Assembly (NCBI GenBank): GCA_021513715.1
Contig: CP084167.1
Coordinates: 1,152,001 to 1,216,000 of the forward strand
Direction: 5' to 3'
Origin: Candidatus Heimdallarchaeum endolithica
Lineage (GTDB): Archaea > Asgardarchaeota > Heimdallarchaeia > Heimdallarchaeales > Heimdallarchaeaceae
Length of the DNA stretch: 64,000 nucleotides
A program made the position numbers and the translations under genes. Of the stretch, positions 20,514-30,899 are shown piece by piece (positions within the stretch are counted from its first letter, which is position 1; every line of letters starts with the position of its first letter). Under the pieces are notes generated by a model that was not told the DNA's origin, searched no databases, and saw only the letters and a list, made by a program, of their open reading frames with translations.

Positions 20514-20762
20514 TTATTTTGTTTTTTTGATTAAATAGCGGAAAATACCATTTTCTTCTGTAGATTCCACTAGTTCATGTCCAGTTGATTCGATCCATGC
20601 TTGAAAATCATTTACTGAGCCTGGATCAGTAGCTATAACTTTAATATTTTCACTAATTTTAATTTCATTTATCGCCTTTTTTGTTTTTAAAATTGGTAAA
20701 GGACAATTAAGTCCTTTTACATCTAATGTTGTTGTGACTTTATTTTCACTCATTTTTTTCAC
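20514..20762 (-). CDS. tusA: sulfurtransferase TusA family protein
   Basis: LDVKGLNCPLPI, ATDPGSVNDF. Confidence 0.92.
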   Translation of the reverse strand: MKKMSENKVTTTLDVKGLNCPLPILKTKKAINEIKISENIKVIATDPGSVNDFQAWIESTGHELVESTEENGIFRYLIKKTK

Positions 20763-21904
20763 CTAAATTATAGCTTTAATTAAAACATTGAAATACAGGA
20801 GCCTAAATAGCCTTTTAAAGAGCATATAGATTCTTAAGGGTATTAATCCATACTTACTTGAAGGATAGTTATATGAGAAATCTAGCATCATTGCTTTTTG
20901 ATAACTTGTTACTAGGAAACAAATTGTTTTTCCATCGTACTTTGCTGAAGTTTCTTTTCCTTTAACTTGGTTAATAATATTCTTTACGATTGTAGGTGCA
21001 GAATAGTGGGAAACAGCACCAGCTTTAGAAGTAGTAGATCTGTACAGTCACCAATAGCGTATATATTAGGATGTCCTTTCACTTGTAGAGTGAATTTATC
21101 AGTTGGAATATATCCTTCTTTATCTCCTAAACCTGATTCTTTTATCACATCCTGTCCCTCGTGTATTGGGAGCAGAACAAGTTCATCATATTCTATCTCT
21201 TCTCCTTCAAAAGAGATGAATTTATTATTCTTAATATCTACTTTTTCATAATTACAGTATGGTACAAATTCTATTCCTCGTTTTTTATACATCTCTGCTA
21301 CAACAACAGCAGCTTCTTTAACAGTAAAAGGTACAGAAAGAGGATATAGAAATTTTATTGTTGTTTTATCTCTTAATTTTCTTTTTTTCAAATAGGAATC
21401 CAATATAAAAGTGAATTCCTCAGAATCTGGAGGACATTTATATGGCACAGTTGATGGAGAGATAACTATTGTTCCTCCATTAAATCTTTTTATCATCTGT
21501 CTAAACTTTTCTGTTGCTGAAGGACTATAAAAGTTATGAATATGTTGCTGTTCACTATATTTGAAATCTTTTTCTATATATTTCACTCCAGTTGCAAGAA
21601 TTAAGTAATCATAATATAGCACTGTTCCATCTTCTAAGATAACCTTTTTTTTCTCAGTTTCAACCTTTTTTGCTCGCATACCAATGAGATTAACTTTTTT
21701 CTTCACAAGTTTATGCATTAGTTTGTATAACTTTGACATTTTTTTATTATTAAACGCATAAAAAACTAAATCTGGTTCATAAAAATTATGATCTTTAGGT
21801 TCAATTAGAGTTATGTCTAGGTCATATTTTCTTGCCTTTTTTGTTAATTTATTAGCTATTGTAAGTCCAGAAAACCCTCCACCAATAACAATAATTCTAT
21901 TCAT
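20763..21904 (-). pseudogene. sqr: sulfide:quinone oxidoreductase-like flavoprotein with 1-bp frameshift near 21034
   Basis: IIVIGGGFSG, PYKCPP, IYAIGDCTD; restoring one base (GAT CTA [C]CT ACT TCT AAA GCT GGT) gives LPTSKAGAVSH...YDGKTICF...IKAII* ending at 20763. Confidence 0.85.
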
Positions 21905-21910
21905 TAATCT

Positions 21911-22150
21911 TTACCTCTTCTTTCTAACAAGAAAACGATTATAACCGTCTTCTTTTATTATTGCAACAAGTTCATGTTTTGCTTTCTCGATCCAAGCAGG
22001 AATATCACTTAGAGATCCTTCTTCTGAACTTAAGAGCTCAACAACTTCACCAACTTCTGCTTGTCGTATTGCTTTAATTAATTCAATCATTGGACCAGGA
22101 CAATAACTCCCTCTTGCATCAATTGATATTGAGATTTCTTCCTTGCTCAT
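21911..22150 (-). CDS. tusA: sulfurtransferase TusA family protein (second copy)
   Basis: IDARGSYCPGPM; likely start MSKEEIS at 22150. Confidence 0.9.
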   Translation of the reverse strand: MSKEEISISIDARGSYCPGPMIELIKAIRQAEVGEVVELLSSEEGSLSDIPAWIEKAKHELVAIIKEDGYNRFLVRKKR

Positions 22151-22311
22151 TTTTTTCAGCTTGTGTATTCCACGATTATGACACAATAATGCACAACCAT
22201 CATTTAAACTTTCTCTTGAACTAAAATGACAAATAGTAAAAATAAGAGAAAGACTTTTTTCTTTTATATCTTTCAAATAATTTTTAAGCGTTGGAAATAA
22301 AAAAATAAATA

Positions 22312-23946
22312 ATGAATAGAAAGCAAATTATTTCTATAATTACAATGGTATTATTCTTAAACGCGAATTTAATTTCAGCAGTTTCTGCTAAAAATACGCC
22401 GAAATATGTTTTTTCTACAGTGGAATCAAATTATCCCTGGATTTGGGAAGAGTTTTCTGAAGCTCCAAGAGATATACCAGGAGAAGATTTTGTTTACTGG
22501 GGAGCGTCACTTGGGCCATATCATAACTACACTGAAGTTACAAACAAACTTGTTGCATTGAATAATTCATTCCCAGAATTGGTAGAAGTTTTTTCAATTG
22601 GAAAAACTTGGGAGAACAGGTCAATCTGGGCTGTACGTTTAACTGATGAGAGTATTACTTCCTCTAAAACAGAGTATTATATTGTTGCTGCTCATCATGC
22701 CAGAGAAGTAATTACAGTGGAAAATGCTTTATACTTTATTGATTGGATCGTATTCAATTCTGTTTATGATACAACTTACGATGATTTACTTCAAAGTACA
22801 GAGATTTATGTTATTCCTATGCTTAATCCAGATGGTATCTCTATCTTACATTGGTATCCTGAACAACGTAAAAATATGGCTCCAATAGATGACGATTTAG
22901 ATGGAAGTTTAGATGATGAAAAGGAAAGGGCCTATTTCTGGAACACTGAAACAAATTCCTCAGATATTAATGAAAAAGACATTGATGGGAGTGGTTCTAC
23001 TGGTGAAGATAGACCAGGAGGAGTAGATCTTAACAGGAACTATGGAGCTTTTTGGGGAGATAGAGGTGCGTCTCCATTTAGGGTAGATGACACTTACCAT
23101 GGTTCTCATCCTTTCAGTGAACCTGAGACTAGAGCTTTACGTGATTTTATGTATAATCATTCTTTCAACTTCGCTATAAGTTTACACAGTGGTGTAGAAG
23201 CAATAATCGCTCCTTGGGGAATTAATGGTTCATTACCTGAAAAAGAAGAAGAAGAGTTCAATGCCCTATTACTTGAATTTAAAGACATTCTAGGCTTTCC
23301 TCTATGGAATGACACAACTTATGGTTATGTAACTTCTGGAGAATGGGGAGATTATGCATACTTATATCATAACATTAAAAGTTTTACAATTGAAACTTTT
23401 GGTTCACATTCTTATTATTGGACAGATTATTTCAACCCTGATGCAGATAAAGTAATTGATAATTGTGAGCACATTTTTCCATCACTACTTTTTCTTGCAG
23501 AGAACCCTCAACTTACATATACTAATAGACTACCAGAAATCGAGGTTAAAAACCCCTCAGACCCCAATCAAGTATTTGACAATTATACTATTCAGTGGAC
23601 TGCTTCAGATAATGATGGAGATAAACTTAACTTTTCAATTTTTGTTTCCCAAGATGGATTATATTGGAATCTACTAGCAACAAATGTAAATGGTTCTTCA
23701 TTCTTCTGGGATTTAGACAATGTTGAAGCAGGTTCATACTACATTAAGGTCGCTGTTTCAGACGGTAAAGTATGGGTACATGATGTGACAGAAGTAAAAC
23801 TAAATGTGAGAACAGATGTAAAAATGCAAAACCCTTATATTTTCTGGATAGTTGCAGGTTCTTTTGGCTTATTAGCTGTTATCTTTTATGCTCTAACCCT
23901 TAAGAAATCTAAAGATGTAATTAATGTATGGACAAAGAAAGAATAA
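22312..23946 (+). CDS. secreted, membrane-anchored M14 zinc carboxypeptidase
   Basis: signal peptide, HHARE, NPDG, GVDLNRNY, FSEPET, ISLHS, FTIE; Ig-like domain and C-terminal TM. Confidence 0.93.
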   Translation: MNRKQIISIITMVLFLNANLISAVSAKNTPKYVFSTVESNYPWIWEEFSEAPRDIPGEDFVYWGASLGPYHNYTEVTNKLVALNNSFPELVEVFSIGKTWENRSIWAVRLTDESITSSKTEYYIVAAHHAREVITVENALYFIDWIVFNSVYDTTYDDLLQSTEIYVIPMLNPDGISILHWYPEQRKNMAPIDDDLDGSLDDEKERAYFWNTETNSSDINEKDIDGSGSTGEDRPGGVDLNRNYGAFWGDRGASPFRVDDTYHGSHPFSEPETRALRDFMYNHSFNFAISLHSGVEAIIAPWGINGSLPEKEEEEFNALLLEFKDILGFPLWNDTTYGYVTSGEWGDYAYLYHNIKSFTIETFGSHSYYWTDYFNPDADKVIDNCEHIFPSLLFLAENPQLTYTNRLPEIEVKNPSDPNQVFDNYTIQWTASDNDGDKLNFSIFVSQDGLYWNLLATNVNGSSFFWDLDNVEAGSYYIKVAVSDGKVWVHDVTEVKLNVRTDVKMQNPYIFWIVAGSFGLLAVIFYALTLKKSKDVINVWTKKE

Positions 23947-24073
23947 TTATTAAAAACACTACAAAACTAGTTCTTTTTTTTATCTTTTCAAAATATAAAA
24001 TTGATATAGATATTTTCAAGAAATGCATAAAGTTTATTAAAACAGTATTTATTTCTCTCTTATTGGGGTTTGT

Positions 24074-25171
24074 ATGGATTACTATCAAATTGCAAAGTTA
24101 GTAGAAGGTTCATTGCTATTATTTATCTCAGTTGTAACTCTCATTATAGGACGAAAGAATAGAAGCATTTTTTATGTTAACTGGTTTTTTTTCACTTTAA
24201 CATTTAGTGCTTATCAATTTGCATTATTCTTTGAATATTCTTATCAATCTGTTACTTTGTATCAAATAGTGCAAACAACGAGAGCCTTCTTTGTCACGAT
24301 TTTACTTGGAGCCACATTACAACAATCCCGCATTTTTCAAAGGAAGTCTACTTTTGTCTTTATGGCCTCTGTAGCCATTTTTATGCTCTATATTATTTGG
24401 GTTCCCTTAGCAATAAAAGAAACTGTAGAAACTTTTAGAGATGTTCAAGTTGTATTATTTCACACTATTAGAACAGATATTTTTGGTCTTATTTTTGGTT
24501 TTCTTATTATTCTATCAGCTACATTTTTACTACCTATTATTGTTAGAAATATTAATATTATGAGAAGTTCAAAATTTTCAAATAAACTAATTGCAAATGT
24601 AATTTTAACTTTGATAGTTATATTTTGTATATTTGCATTAGGAGGAGTAACAATTGTTAGAAGAGCACAAATGTTGTATGACGTTAAAGCATATAAAATC
24701 ACAGAAATTTTTGTAGAGGTGATTAGTGTTTCTTTAACATCAATTTACTTAAGTCAAAGTCAAAGCCATGGTATTCAAGCAGTATTAGTTGTAGATAGAG
24801 AGGGCAACCCCATTTTAGGATATTCACCTCTAAAACGTGAAAAAATTTCTTTTGAAGAAAAAATAATTGCTGCTTCTGGTTTTCTTTCTTCATTATTTAT
24901 GTTTGTTAAAAAGTATGTTGCTTCTTCAAAAAATGAAGAATTCAAGGAATTAAAAACTACCAACTCTTCTTTACTCTTCTATAGTGGAGAAAAGTTTTTT
25001 TTGATTGTTCAATCTTACCTTACAAGTACCCAACTAGATATTGTATCTGAAAGAGTTTTGAGTGAAATAGATTTTTATCTCTCTACTCTTCCTGTAAATG
25101 AAATGCCAAATGAACAACAACGAAATGATCTTTTCTTTTTATTAGATAAAAACTTCTATCTTCTCGCTTAA
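24074..25171 (+). CDS. seven-TM membrane protein with C-terminal longin/roadblock-like domain
   Basis: 7 hydrophobic helices, then IQAVLVVDREGNPIL...ASGFLSSLFMFVK...FKELK...LLFY...FFLIVQS. Confidence 0.65.
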   Translation: MDYYQIAKLVEGSLLLFISVVTLIIGRKNRSIFYVNWFFFTLTFSAYQFALFFEYSYQSVTLYQIVQTTRAFFVTILLGATLQQSRIFQRKSTFVFMASVAIFMLYIIWVPLAIKETVETFRDVQVVLFHTIRTDIFGLIFGFLIILSATFLLPIIVRNINIMRSSKFSNKLIANVILTLIVIFCIFALGGVTIVRRAQMLYDVKAYKITEIFVEVISVSLTSIYLSQSQSHGIQAVLVVDREGNPILGYSPLKREKISFEEKIIAASGFLSSLFMFVKKYVASSKNEEFKELKTTNSSLLFYSGEKFFLIVQSYLTSTQLDIVSERVLSEIDFYLSTLPVNEMPNEQQRNDLFFLLDKNFYLLA

Positions 25172-25212
25172 AGAAAAAATATAATCTTTTGATGAAGTTT
25201 TTTCTGTTTAAA

Positions 25213-25884
25213 CTATTTTTTTGTTAAAGTAATTTCTTCTTCATACAAATAAGGATAGGCTCTGAAAATTACATTCAGTTTTACAGCGGAGAAAAAGAAA
25301 AAGAACAAAGAAATTATTGCCAAACTTCCTGCGATGATATCCAAGATTGTAAAGTATGAAAAGTAAAATAATATATAACGAATTAGAATAATAAGAAAAG
25401 TAAGAGCTTGCAACAAAAAACCAACACTCATGAAATAATCTGGTTTTTTGATAACTTTTTCTTCTTCATGCTTGGCAGATAAATCTTGTTTTAAGTAAAA
25501 GAATTCTGTTGCACAAAACAAATTACCAATGATCATAAATATTAAGCCTAAAATTTCTAGAACATCAGACTTTTTAATTTCTTGAGTTGCAAAGAATAGA
25601 AGAGAAAAGAGTATTGATAAACTTCCAACAATAGAAAATATCCAACTCTTTTGTCCATATTTCCACTTTGTTTCTTTATTTAATGAAAATTCTTTTGAAG
25701 CATAACCTATACCTAAAATTCCTGTAACAATTACAAAATAAAGAAGATTTATTCCATTAAAGCCTTGATAGGGAACAGTCAACATACATTTATTCAGAAG
25801 AATTAGAAAAAGATAGAAAAAGGCAATAAGAAGCCCTCCATTTTTTATGAGATTAGAACTTTGATATTTATTCATTTTAATCAT
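25213..25884 (-). CDS. membrane protein, unknown function
   Basis: about 6 TM; co-oriented with two similar genes. Confidence 0.7.
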   Translation of the reverse strand: MIKMNKYQSSNLIKNGGLLIAFFYLFLILLNKCMLTVPYQGFNGINLLYFVIVTGILGIGYASKEFSLNKETKWKYGQKSWIFSIVGSLSILFSLLFFATQEIKKSDVLEILGLIFMIIGNLFCATEFFYLKQDLSAKHEEEKVIKKPDYFMSVGFLLQALTFLIILIRYILFYFSYFTILDIIAGSLAIISLFFFFFSAVKLNVIFRAYPYLYEEEITLTKK

Positions 25885-26557
25885 CTTCCAAATAGTCCTC
25901 TTGTTGATTATAATACTCTACTTTCGGTTTTCCTATTGAATAAAAGAAATAAACAAGATTCATAAAACCTAAAATTACAATAAAGTTAGAAACAAACAAG
26001 ATATATGAAGCAACATCTGCTAACCAATGTGGTCTAGAAACTAAATCACTTATGAGAAATTCACTAGTCCAAAGAAAAACATATCCAACAGAAGCTATAC
26101 TGTATCCATAAACTAGAAACAATCTTGGAACTACAGGAGAAACTTGTTCAGTATACAACTCTTTTTGTAATTTATATAGTTTAAAAAAACTTAGAATAAC
26201 AAAAATGTAGTATATCAATCCTGTAATTAATCTATAAACTTGGAAACCTACAAGGACCCAAACTGTTTTTTTGTTGTAAAGAAGATAGAGGATAATATTA
26301 ACAAAATCAAGAATAGAAACTCCAATTAAAGAGAAACTTACTAGTTTCCAAGATGAAATTCGATTTTCCATTATTTTTCCTATTCTATTAAAGCCTAAAG
26401 CTAAAAAGATAATAGATAAGTCAAAAGCCAATCCAATAAATGGAGCAATAGAAGCAAAATAAAAAAGTAAAGAAAAAATATACAATAAGAAACTGGCAAT
26501 TCCAGACATTAACAAGTGATTTTGTATTTCTTTAGAAAAATTATTCATCAACATCAT
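25877..26557 (-). CDS. membrane protein, unknown function
   Basis: about 6 TM; overlaps neighbours. Confidence 0.7.
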   Translation of the reverse strand: MMLMNNFSKEIQNHLLMSGIASFLLYIFSLLFYFASIAPFIGLAFDLSIIFLALGFNRIGKIMENRISSWKLVSFSLIGVSILDFVNIILYLLYNKKTVWVLVGFQVYRLITGLIYYIFVILSFFKLYKLQKELYTEQVSPVVPRLFLVYGYSIASVGYVFLWTSEFLISDLVSRPHWLADVASYILFVSNFIVILGFMNLVYFFYSIGKPKVEYYNQQEDYLEDD

Positions 26558-27464
26558 TCACCCTGTAGGGATTTTTTTCTCCACACTCTTCACAGAATAA
26601 AGCATCAGGATCTAATTCCACTCCACATTTAATGCAAAACATTTTCTTTTTTACAGAACTTTCTTGTTGTTCTGCAATTACAGAAGAATTTTTTTCTTCT
26701 AAACTTTCCAAAACAAAATCATCTTGTTTTTTAGTTAATATTCTGTCTATAAGTTCAGGAGGAATATTATCTAGGAGGAGAAATATTTTACGTAATTTCC
26801 AAAATCCTATCACGACAAATACTAAATAAGAGACCTCAACTATGCTTAATACAAAAAACATAGTCTTAAAATCTTGATTTAGAGTACCTAACAAATAATA
26901 TATTTTGGGAGGAGAAAGAATAAAGAAAGTGATTGCATTTTCGCTTGTAGAACTTATAATATATTTATTTGGTGGAAAAATAACATTTAGTAGATTATAA
27001 ATGAAAAATAGTACAAAACCTATTGAAAAAGACCAAGTAAGTTGGATGATATTTCGTTTATTTTTAACATGTTGTTCAGTAATATCGTGAATTATTATAC
27101 TACAGTAAATAAGAATAGAAGAATTAATAATATAAATAATTTGTAGAACTAGTACTATTTTATCTGAAAGAAAATTAAATTTGAAATCTATGTAAGATAA
27201 TAAAATTAAACTTGAGGAAATGATACCATAAACAGCAAGAAAGAGCACTAAATGATTGATAGACCTTTTTTTTTCTTCCTTATTAAATAACAAAAAGCCT
27301 ACACCAACCCAAATTATTGCTAATTGAGTAAAGAAACTGGGTAAAACATGAATAATTATTATTCTATATGAAACAAAAGCTTCAATAAAAGTTTGTAGGA
27401 TTATCGTAGCTACATAAATTAAAGTAGACAAAGTAATATGCTTTCTTGCATTTAATGTAATCAT
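26541..27464 (-). CDS. membrane protein with C-terminal zinc ribbon
   Basis: about 6 TM, then FCIKCG...ALFCEECG. Confidence 0.75.
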   Translation of the reverse strand: MITLNARKHITLSTLIYVATIILQTFIEAFVSYRIIIIHVLPSFFTQLAIIWVGVGFLLFNKEEKKRSINHLVLFLAVYGIISSSLILLSYIDFKFNFLSDKIVLVLQIIYIINSSILIYCSIIIHDITEQHVKNKRNIIQLTWSFSIGFVLFFIYNLLNVIFPPNKYIISSTSENAITFFILSPPKIYYLLGTLNQDFKTMFFVLSIVEVSYLVFVVIGFWKLRKIFLLLDNIPPELIDRILTKKQDDFVLESLEEKNSSVIAEQQESSVKKKMFCIKCGVELDPDALFCEECGEKNPYRVNDVDE

Positions 27465-27546
27465 AAGACGAAAAAAAAATTATTGTTTTTAAACTTATAT
27501 AAAAAGAAGAAAAGGAAGAAATAAAAAAGCTTGAGTTATTTTTGAT

Positions 27547-28089
27547 TTGATGAGATTATCTTCAACTCTATCTCTTATCTCAATGGTAATAGGCTTTCTA
27601 AGTGTATTAACTCCAGCTTGTTTTTATTTAGGTTATGGTACAAGTCCTGACCAGATTTTAGCTATGTCATGGATAGAGTTACATGAAAGCCCAGTTTTGT
27701 GGATATACTTGGCTGTAACTTTTATCGTTGGTGCTCATGACATAGAAATTCTACAAGGAATAGATTTTATTCGAAAATCAAATATCAAAATTTTGCGTAC
27801 AATTCTTTTAATAATTGGTGTGTTGATGGCTTTTTCATTAGAATTGTCAGTTAACGTATATTACTCTCAAGGGCCAACTTTCTGGAAGGAGAGTCTATTG
27901 TTTCAGATTCCAGATCATGAATTAATCAAAGAATTTGCATCAATTGGCTATTTTTTAATCAGGATTTGCAGGTTAATTCTAACAACAGCTGTAATCTTAG
28001 CTATATTTGACAGTTATACACCCTCTTATTATCGTAAACTTGCTCTTGATGCAAGAGAGGAATATACTAAAAGATATTTTGAGAATTAA
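27547..28089 (+). CDS. membrane protein, unknown function
   Basis: 4 hydrophobic segments. Confidence 0.6.
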   Translation: MMRLSSTLSLISMVIGFLSVLTPACFYLGYGTSPDQILAMSWIELHESPVLWIYLAVTFIVGAHDIEILQGIDFIRKSNIKILRTILLIIGVLMAFSLELSVNVYYSQGPTFWKESLLFQIPDHELIKEFASIGYFLIRICRLILTTAVILAIFDSYTPSYYRKLALDAREEYTKRYFEN

Positions 28090-28187
28090 TAGAAGATTAT
28101 CAAAATACAATTTGTTTTTTCTATTGAACGCTCATCTAAATTATTGAGAAGAAATTTAAACTAAAAAAAATAAATGTACATATCACT

Positions 28188-29255
28188 ATGACTCCTTCGA
28201 AATTCTACTTATCAATGTCCATTCTTGTTCTAGATGATCTAGGAATTGAATTACGCGTTTCTTCTGATACAAAAATTAGACAGGAAGATATTGTTCTTAT
28301 AGCTAACTTTTATTCTCCAATAATTGAAGCATCAAAATCAGAAATAGGTGTATTTGGCCCTCTACCTGTTCCTAAATATCAAGAGAAATATAACTTACTT
28401 GTTGCTTTGTTTGAGCACAATGATTCTAAAATAAAAAACAAACGTGCTCTTTCTAAAAATGGTCTAGCTAGATGTTTAGGACTAATAATTTATGAGAAAA
28501 AATATACAGAGAAAATCAATCTTGCTCATAGTTCTATTTTTGTAACAATTCAGAACTTTTTGAAAACTGTAGATGATCTTTCTTCTTTAACTGAAAATCA
28601 AGTTATTGAATTAAGTAATGACATTGTAAATACTATTCGTGAAAAAGAGAAAAATGTTAAATTAAAAAATATTGATGAATATATCTCTGAGTTATCTAAT
28701 CGCATAAATATGTTAGAGATGCTTGCAACAACTCTACAAAAAAGATTCAAAATAGGATTCTTCACTGATGATGATTTTGCCTATAAGTTGATTATTTCCG
28801 CTATTTTTGCCATTCAAAATATCGATTTGGTTTTATCTTATTCAATATCAGAATGGATAATTCAAATTCAAACATGTAACGGAGAATATTACATTTCAAG
28901 ACTCTATGATTTGGAAACTTTAGCAGAAATTTCAGAAATAAAAAATCTAAATTATGTAATATATCAAGGAAAATGTAATCTTGATAAAAGTCAAATTAGA
29001 AGACATTTTAGGAATATTGATAAAATAACAAAACAGAATCAAGATACTCAAGTAATTTTTACAACATCAAATGAGGCCTCTACTATTCCCATTGATGTAA
29101 AAAAAATTCTACTTGAGGAAGAAAAACAGAGAGAAAATGTTCTTCTTCTTGTTACAATAGGTGATATTTATAGATCCTTGGAGAACACATTATTCAAAAT
29201 TGTTAATGACTTATTGGAAAAAAGAGAAATACAGATTCAAGAGACTTACGACTAA
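28188..29255 (+). CDS. hypothetical protein, N-terminal longin-like (GVFGPLPVP) region and possible degenerate GTPase-fold C-terminus
   Basis: 355-aa ORF; fold assignment inferred from residue pattern only. Confidence 0.5.
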   Translation: MTPSKFYLSMSILVLDDLGIELRVSSDTKIRQEDIVLIANFYSPIIEASKSEIGVFGPLPVPKYQEKYNLLVALFEHNDSKIKNKRALSKNGLARCLGLIIYEKKYTEKINLAHSSIFVTIQNFLKTVDDLSSLTENQVIELSNDIVNTIREKEKNVKLKNIDEYISELSNRINMLEMLATTLQKRFKIGFFTDDDFAYKLIISAIFAIQNIDLVLSYSISEWIIQIQTCNGEYYISRLYDLETLAEISEIKNLNYVIYQGKCNLDKSQIRRHFRNIDKITKQNQDTQVIFTTSNEASTIPIDVKKILLEEEKQRENVLLLVTIGDIYRSLENTLFKIVNDLLEKREIQIQETYD

Positions 29256-29273
29256 TCACAATCCAAATTGATG

Positions 29274-29801
29274 TCATAGTACAGTAAGGATTTTACTGGT
29301 TTGAATAAGATCCTTTACACATCTTACAAGCTGAGGTGTATCTGGAACTAATGAAAAAGAAACAGAAAGATCAATTTTATTTTTAATTATCTCTATCAAT
29401 GTTGTTACCTTCTCTGAAATCCTAAAAGTCTCTCTTTCAGAAAGGTTGTCTTGTACAATGTCTATAATGCTAATGAAAATATCTTTTTCTAATGCTTGAT
29501 TTAACTTGTCAAATAATTTTTCAGCTTTATTAAAGTGATCAAGGTTCATCCCTTCCAGAACAATAAGCAAGCCATGGCATAGGTTAAACAAGTGATTTTG
29601 AAAGAAATCACTCTCATATTCTAATATCAAGAATTGTGTTTTAAATTCCTCATTCTCTATTGTTAAATCACAATTAACTGGGTGATACCCGCCCACAAAT
29701 TCAATTTTTTCAGGAACAGGCGCAAAAGGTGATAATATTTTTCTTATTAAGTTGTTTTCTCCATATACTAGAATTTTAATCCTTTTGGCAAAGTGTTCCA
29801 T
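29274..29801 (-). CDS. degenerate small GTPase-like protein (no P-loop GKT)
   Basis: RIKILVYG start, LTIENEEFKTQFLIL, CHGLLIVL, HFNKAEKLF, ISIID follow Ras/Rab order without G1/G3/G4. Confidence 0.55.
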   Translation of the reverse strand: MEHFAKRIKILVYGENNLIRKILSPFAPVPEKIEFVGGYHPVNCDLTIENEEFKTQFLILEYESDFFQNHLFNLCHGLLIVLEGMNLDHFNKAEKLFDKLNQALEKDIFISIIDIVQDNLSERETFRISEKVTTLIEIIKNKIDLSVSFSLVPDTPQLVRCVKDLIQTSKILTVL

Positions 29802-29871
29802 AAATTTATCTTCATTTTTTCATTTTAAAAACTTTACCGACATATAAAAGCGTTAAGAAAATATTTTTAAC

Positions 29872-30819
29872 GTGAGTAAAAAATGCTACTCAAGAAGGGT
29901 TAGAACAATGATTGAGCTTCTTGGATTAAGCATTTTAGTTATTTTGGGATTATTCGGTTTAGGTCTCCTTATAGGAGCGATTTCTCCAACTTTTGGGATA
30001 GGAGGCGGATTACTTACTGTTCCTTTACTCATTTTACTTTACGACTTTTCAGGTGAAGTAGCTACAGCAACTTCGTTAGGTGTGATTATTTTTACTTCTT
30101 TAAGTGGAAGTTTAGCTTATATTCGTGAGAAAAGAATTGATTTCAAAATAGCTTTTGCTTTTATGATTTTTGCAATACCTGGTTCTGTCTCTGGAGCTTT
30201 AGTTAGTAGGTGGTTAAAGAGTCAGAACTATGAAATCGACTATTTTCAATATATTTTTGCAGGAACAATGATTGTTATTGCTATTTATAAAATTGCGACA
30301 ATATTCTTTCAAAGTAAAAACAAAACTTCAGAAAAGAATGTAGAAGAAAAAGTAGAAAACGAAAAAGAAGGATTGAAAAAAGTAAAATTAAGAGAAAAAT
30401 TCACTGTAACCAGATCATTTGATGACAAGCGTGGATTACACTTTGAGTATAAAACAAAACTCTTTCCTGAAGTAATTATTGCTTTTGTTGGTGGTTTTAT
30501 AGGTGCAATGCTTGGTTTAGGAGGAGGAGTAATTTATGTTCCAATTTTAACCATGGTTTTAGGAATTCCTGCAGGAATAGCTACAGCCACATCTACTTTT
30601 ACAATTCTCTTTGCTAATCCCTTTGCAGTAGCTCTACGATGGTCTTCAATACAATGGAATTATGTTCTTTTCCTTTCAATTGGAACAATAATATCAGCAA
30701 ATATTGTTCCCAAATTTTTGCACAAAATTAAATCAAAATGGATATTAACCGGTTTTTGGACAATAGCAATCCTTGCAGCAATTAGGTTATTGCTAAAAGT
30801 TTCAGGAGTTAATATCTAA
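29872..30819 (+). CDS. sulfite exporter TauE/SafE family protein
   Basis: duplicated GIGGG/GLGGG...VP motifs, ATATS. Confidence 0.92.
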   Translation: MSKKCYSRRVRTMIELLGLSILVILGLFGLGLLIGAISPTFGIGGGLLTVPLLILLYDFSGEVATATSLGVIIFTSLSGSLAYIREKRIDFKIAFAFMIFAIPGSVSGALVSRWLKSQNYEIDYFQYIFAGTMIVIAIYKIATIFFQSKNKTSEKNVEEKVENEKEGLKKVKLREKFTVTRSFDDKRGLHFEYKTKLFPEVIIAFVGGFIGAMLGLGGGVIYVPILTMVLGIPAGIATATSTFTILFANPFAVALRWSSIQWNYVLFLSIGTIISANIVPKFLHKIKSKWILTGFWTIAILAAIRLLLKVSGVNI

Positions 30820-30899
30820 CTCTTTGAGTTTTTTTTAAAGATAGCGAATAAAATCATCTATCCTTACACAAAACCTATAAAATCAAATAGAATTTTTAA

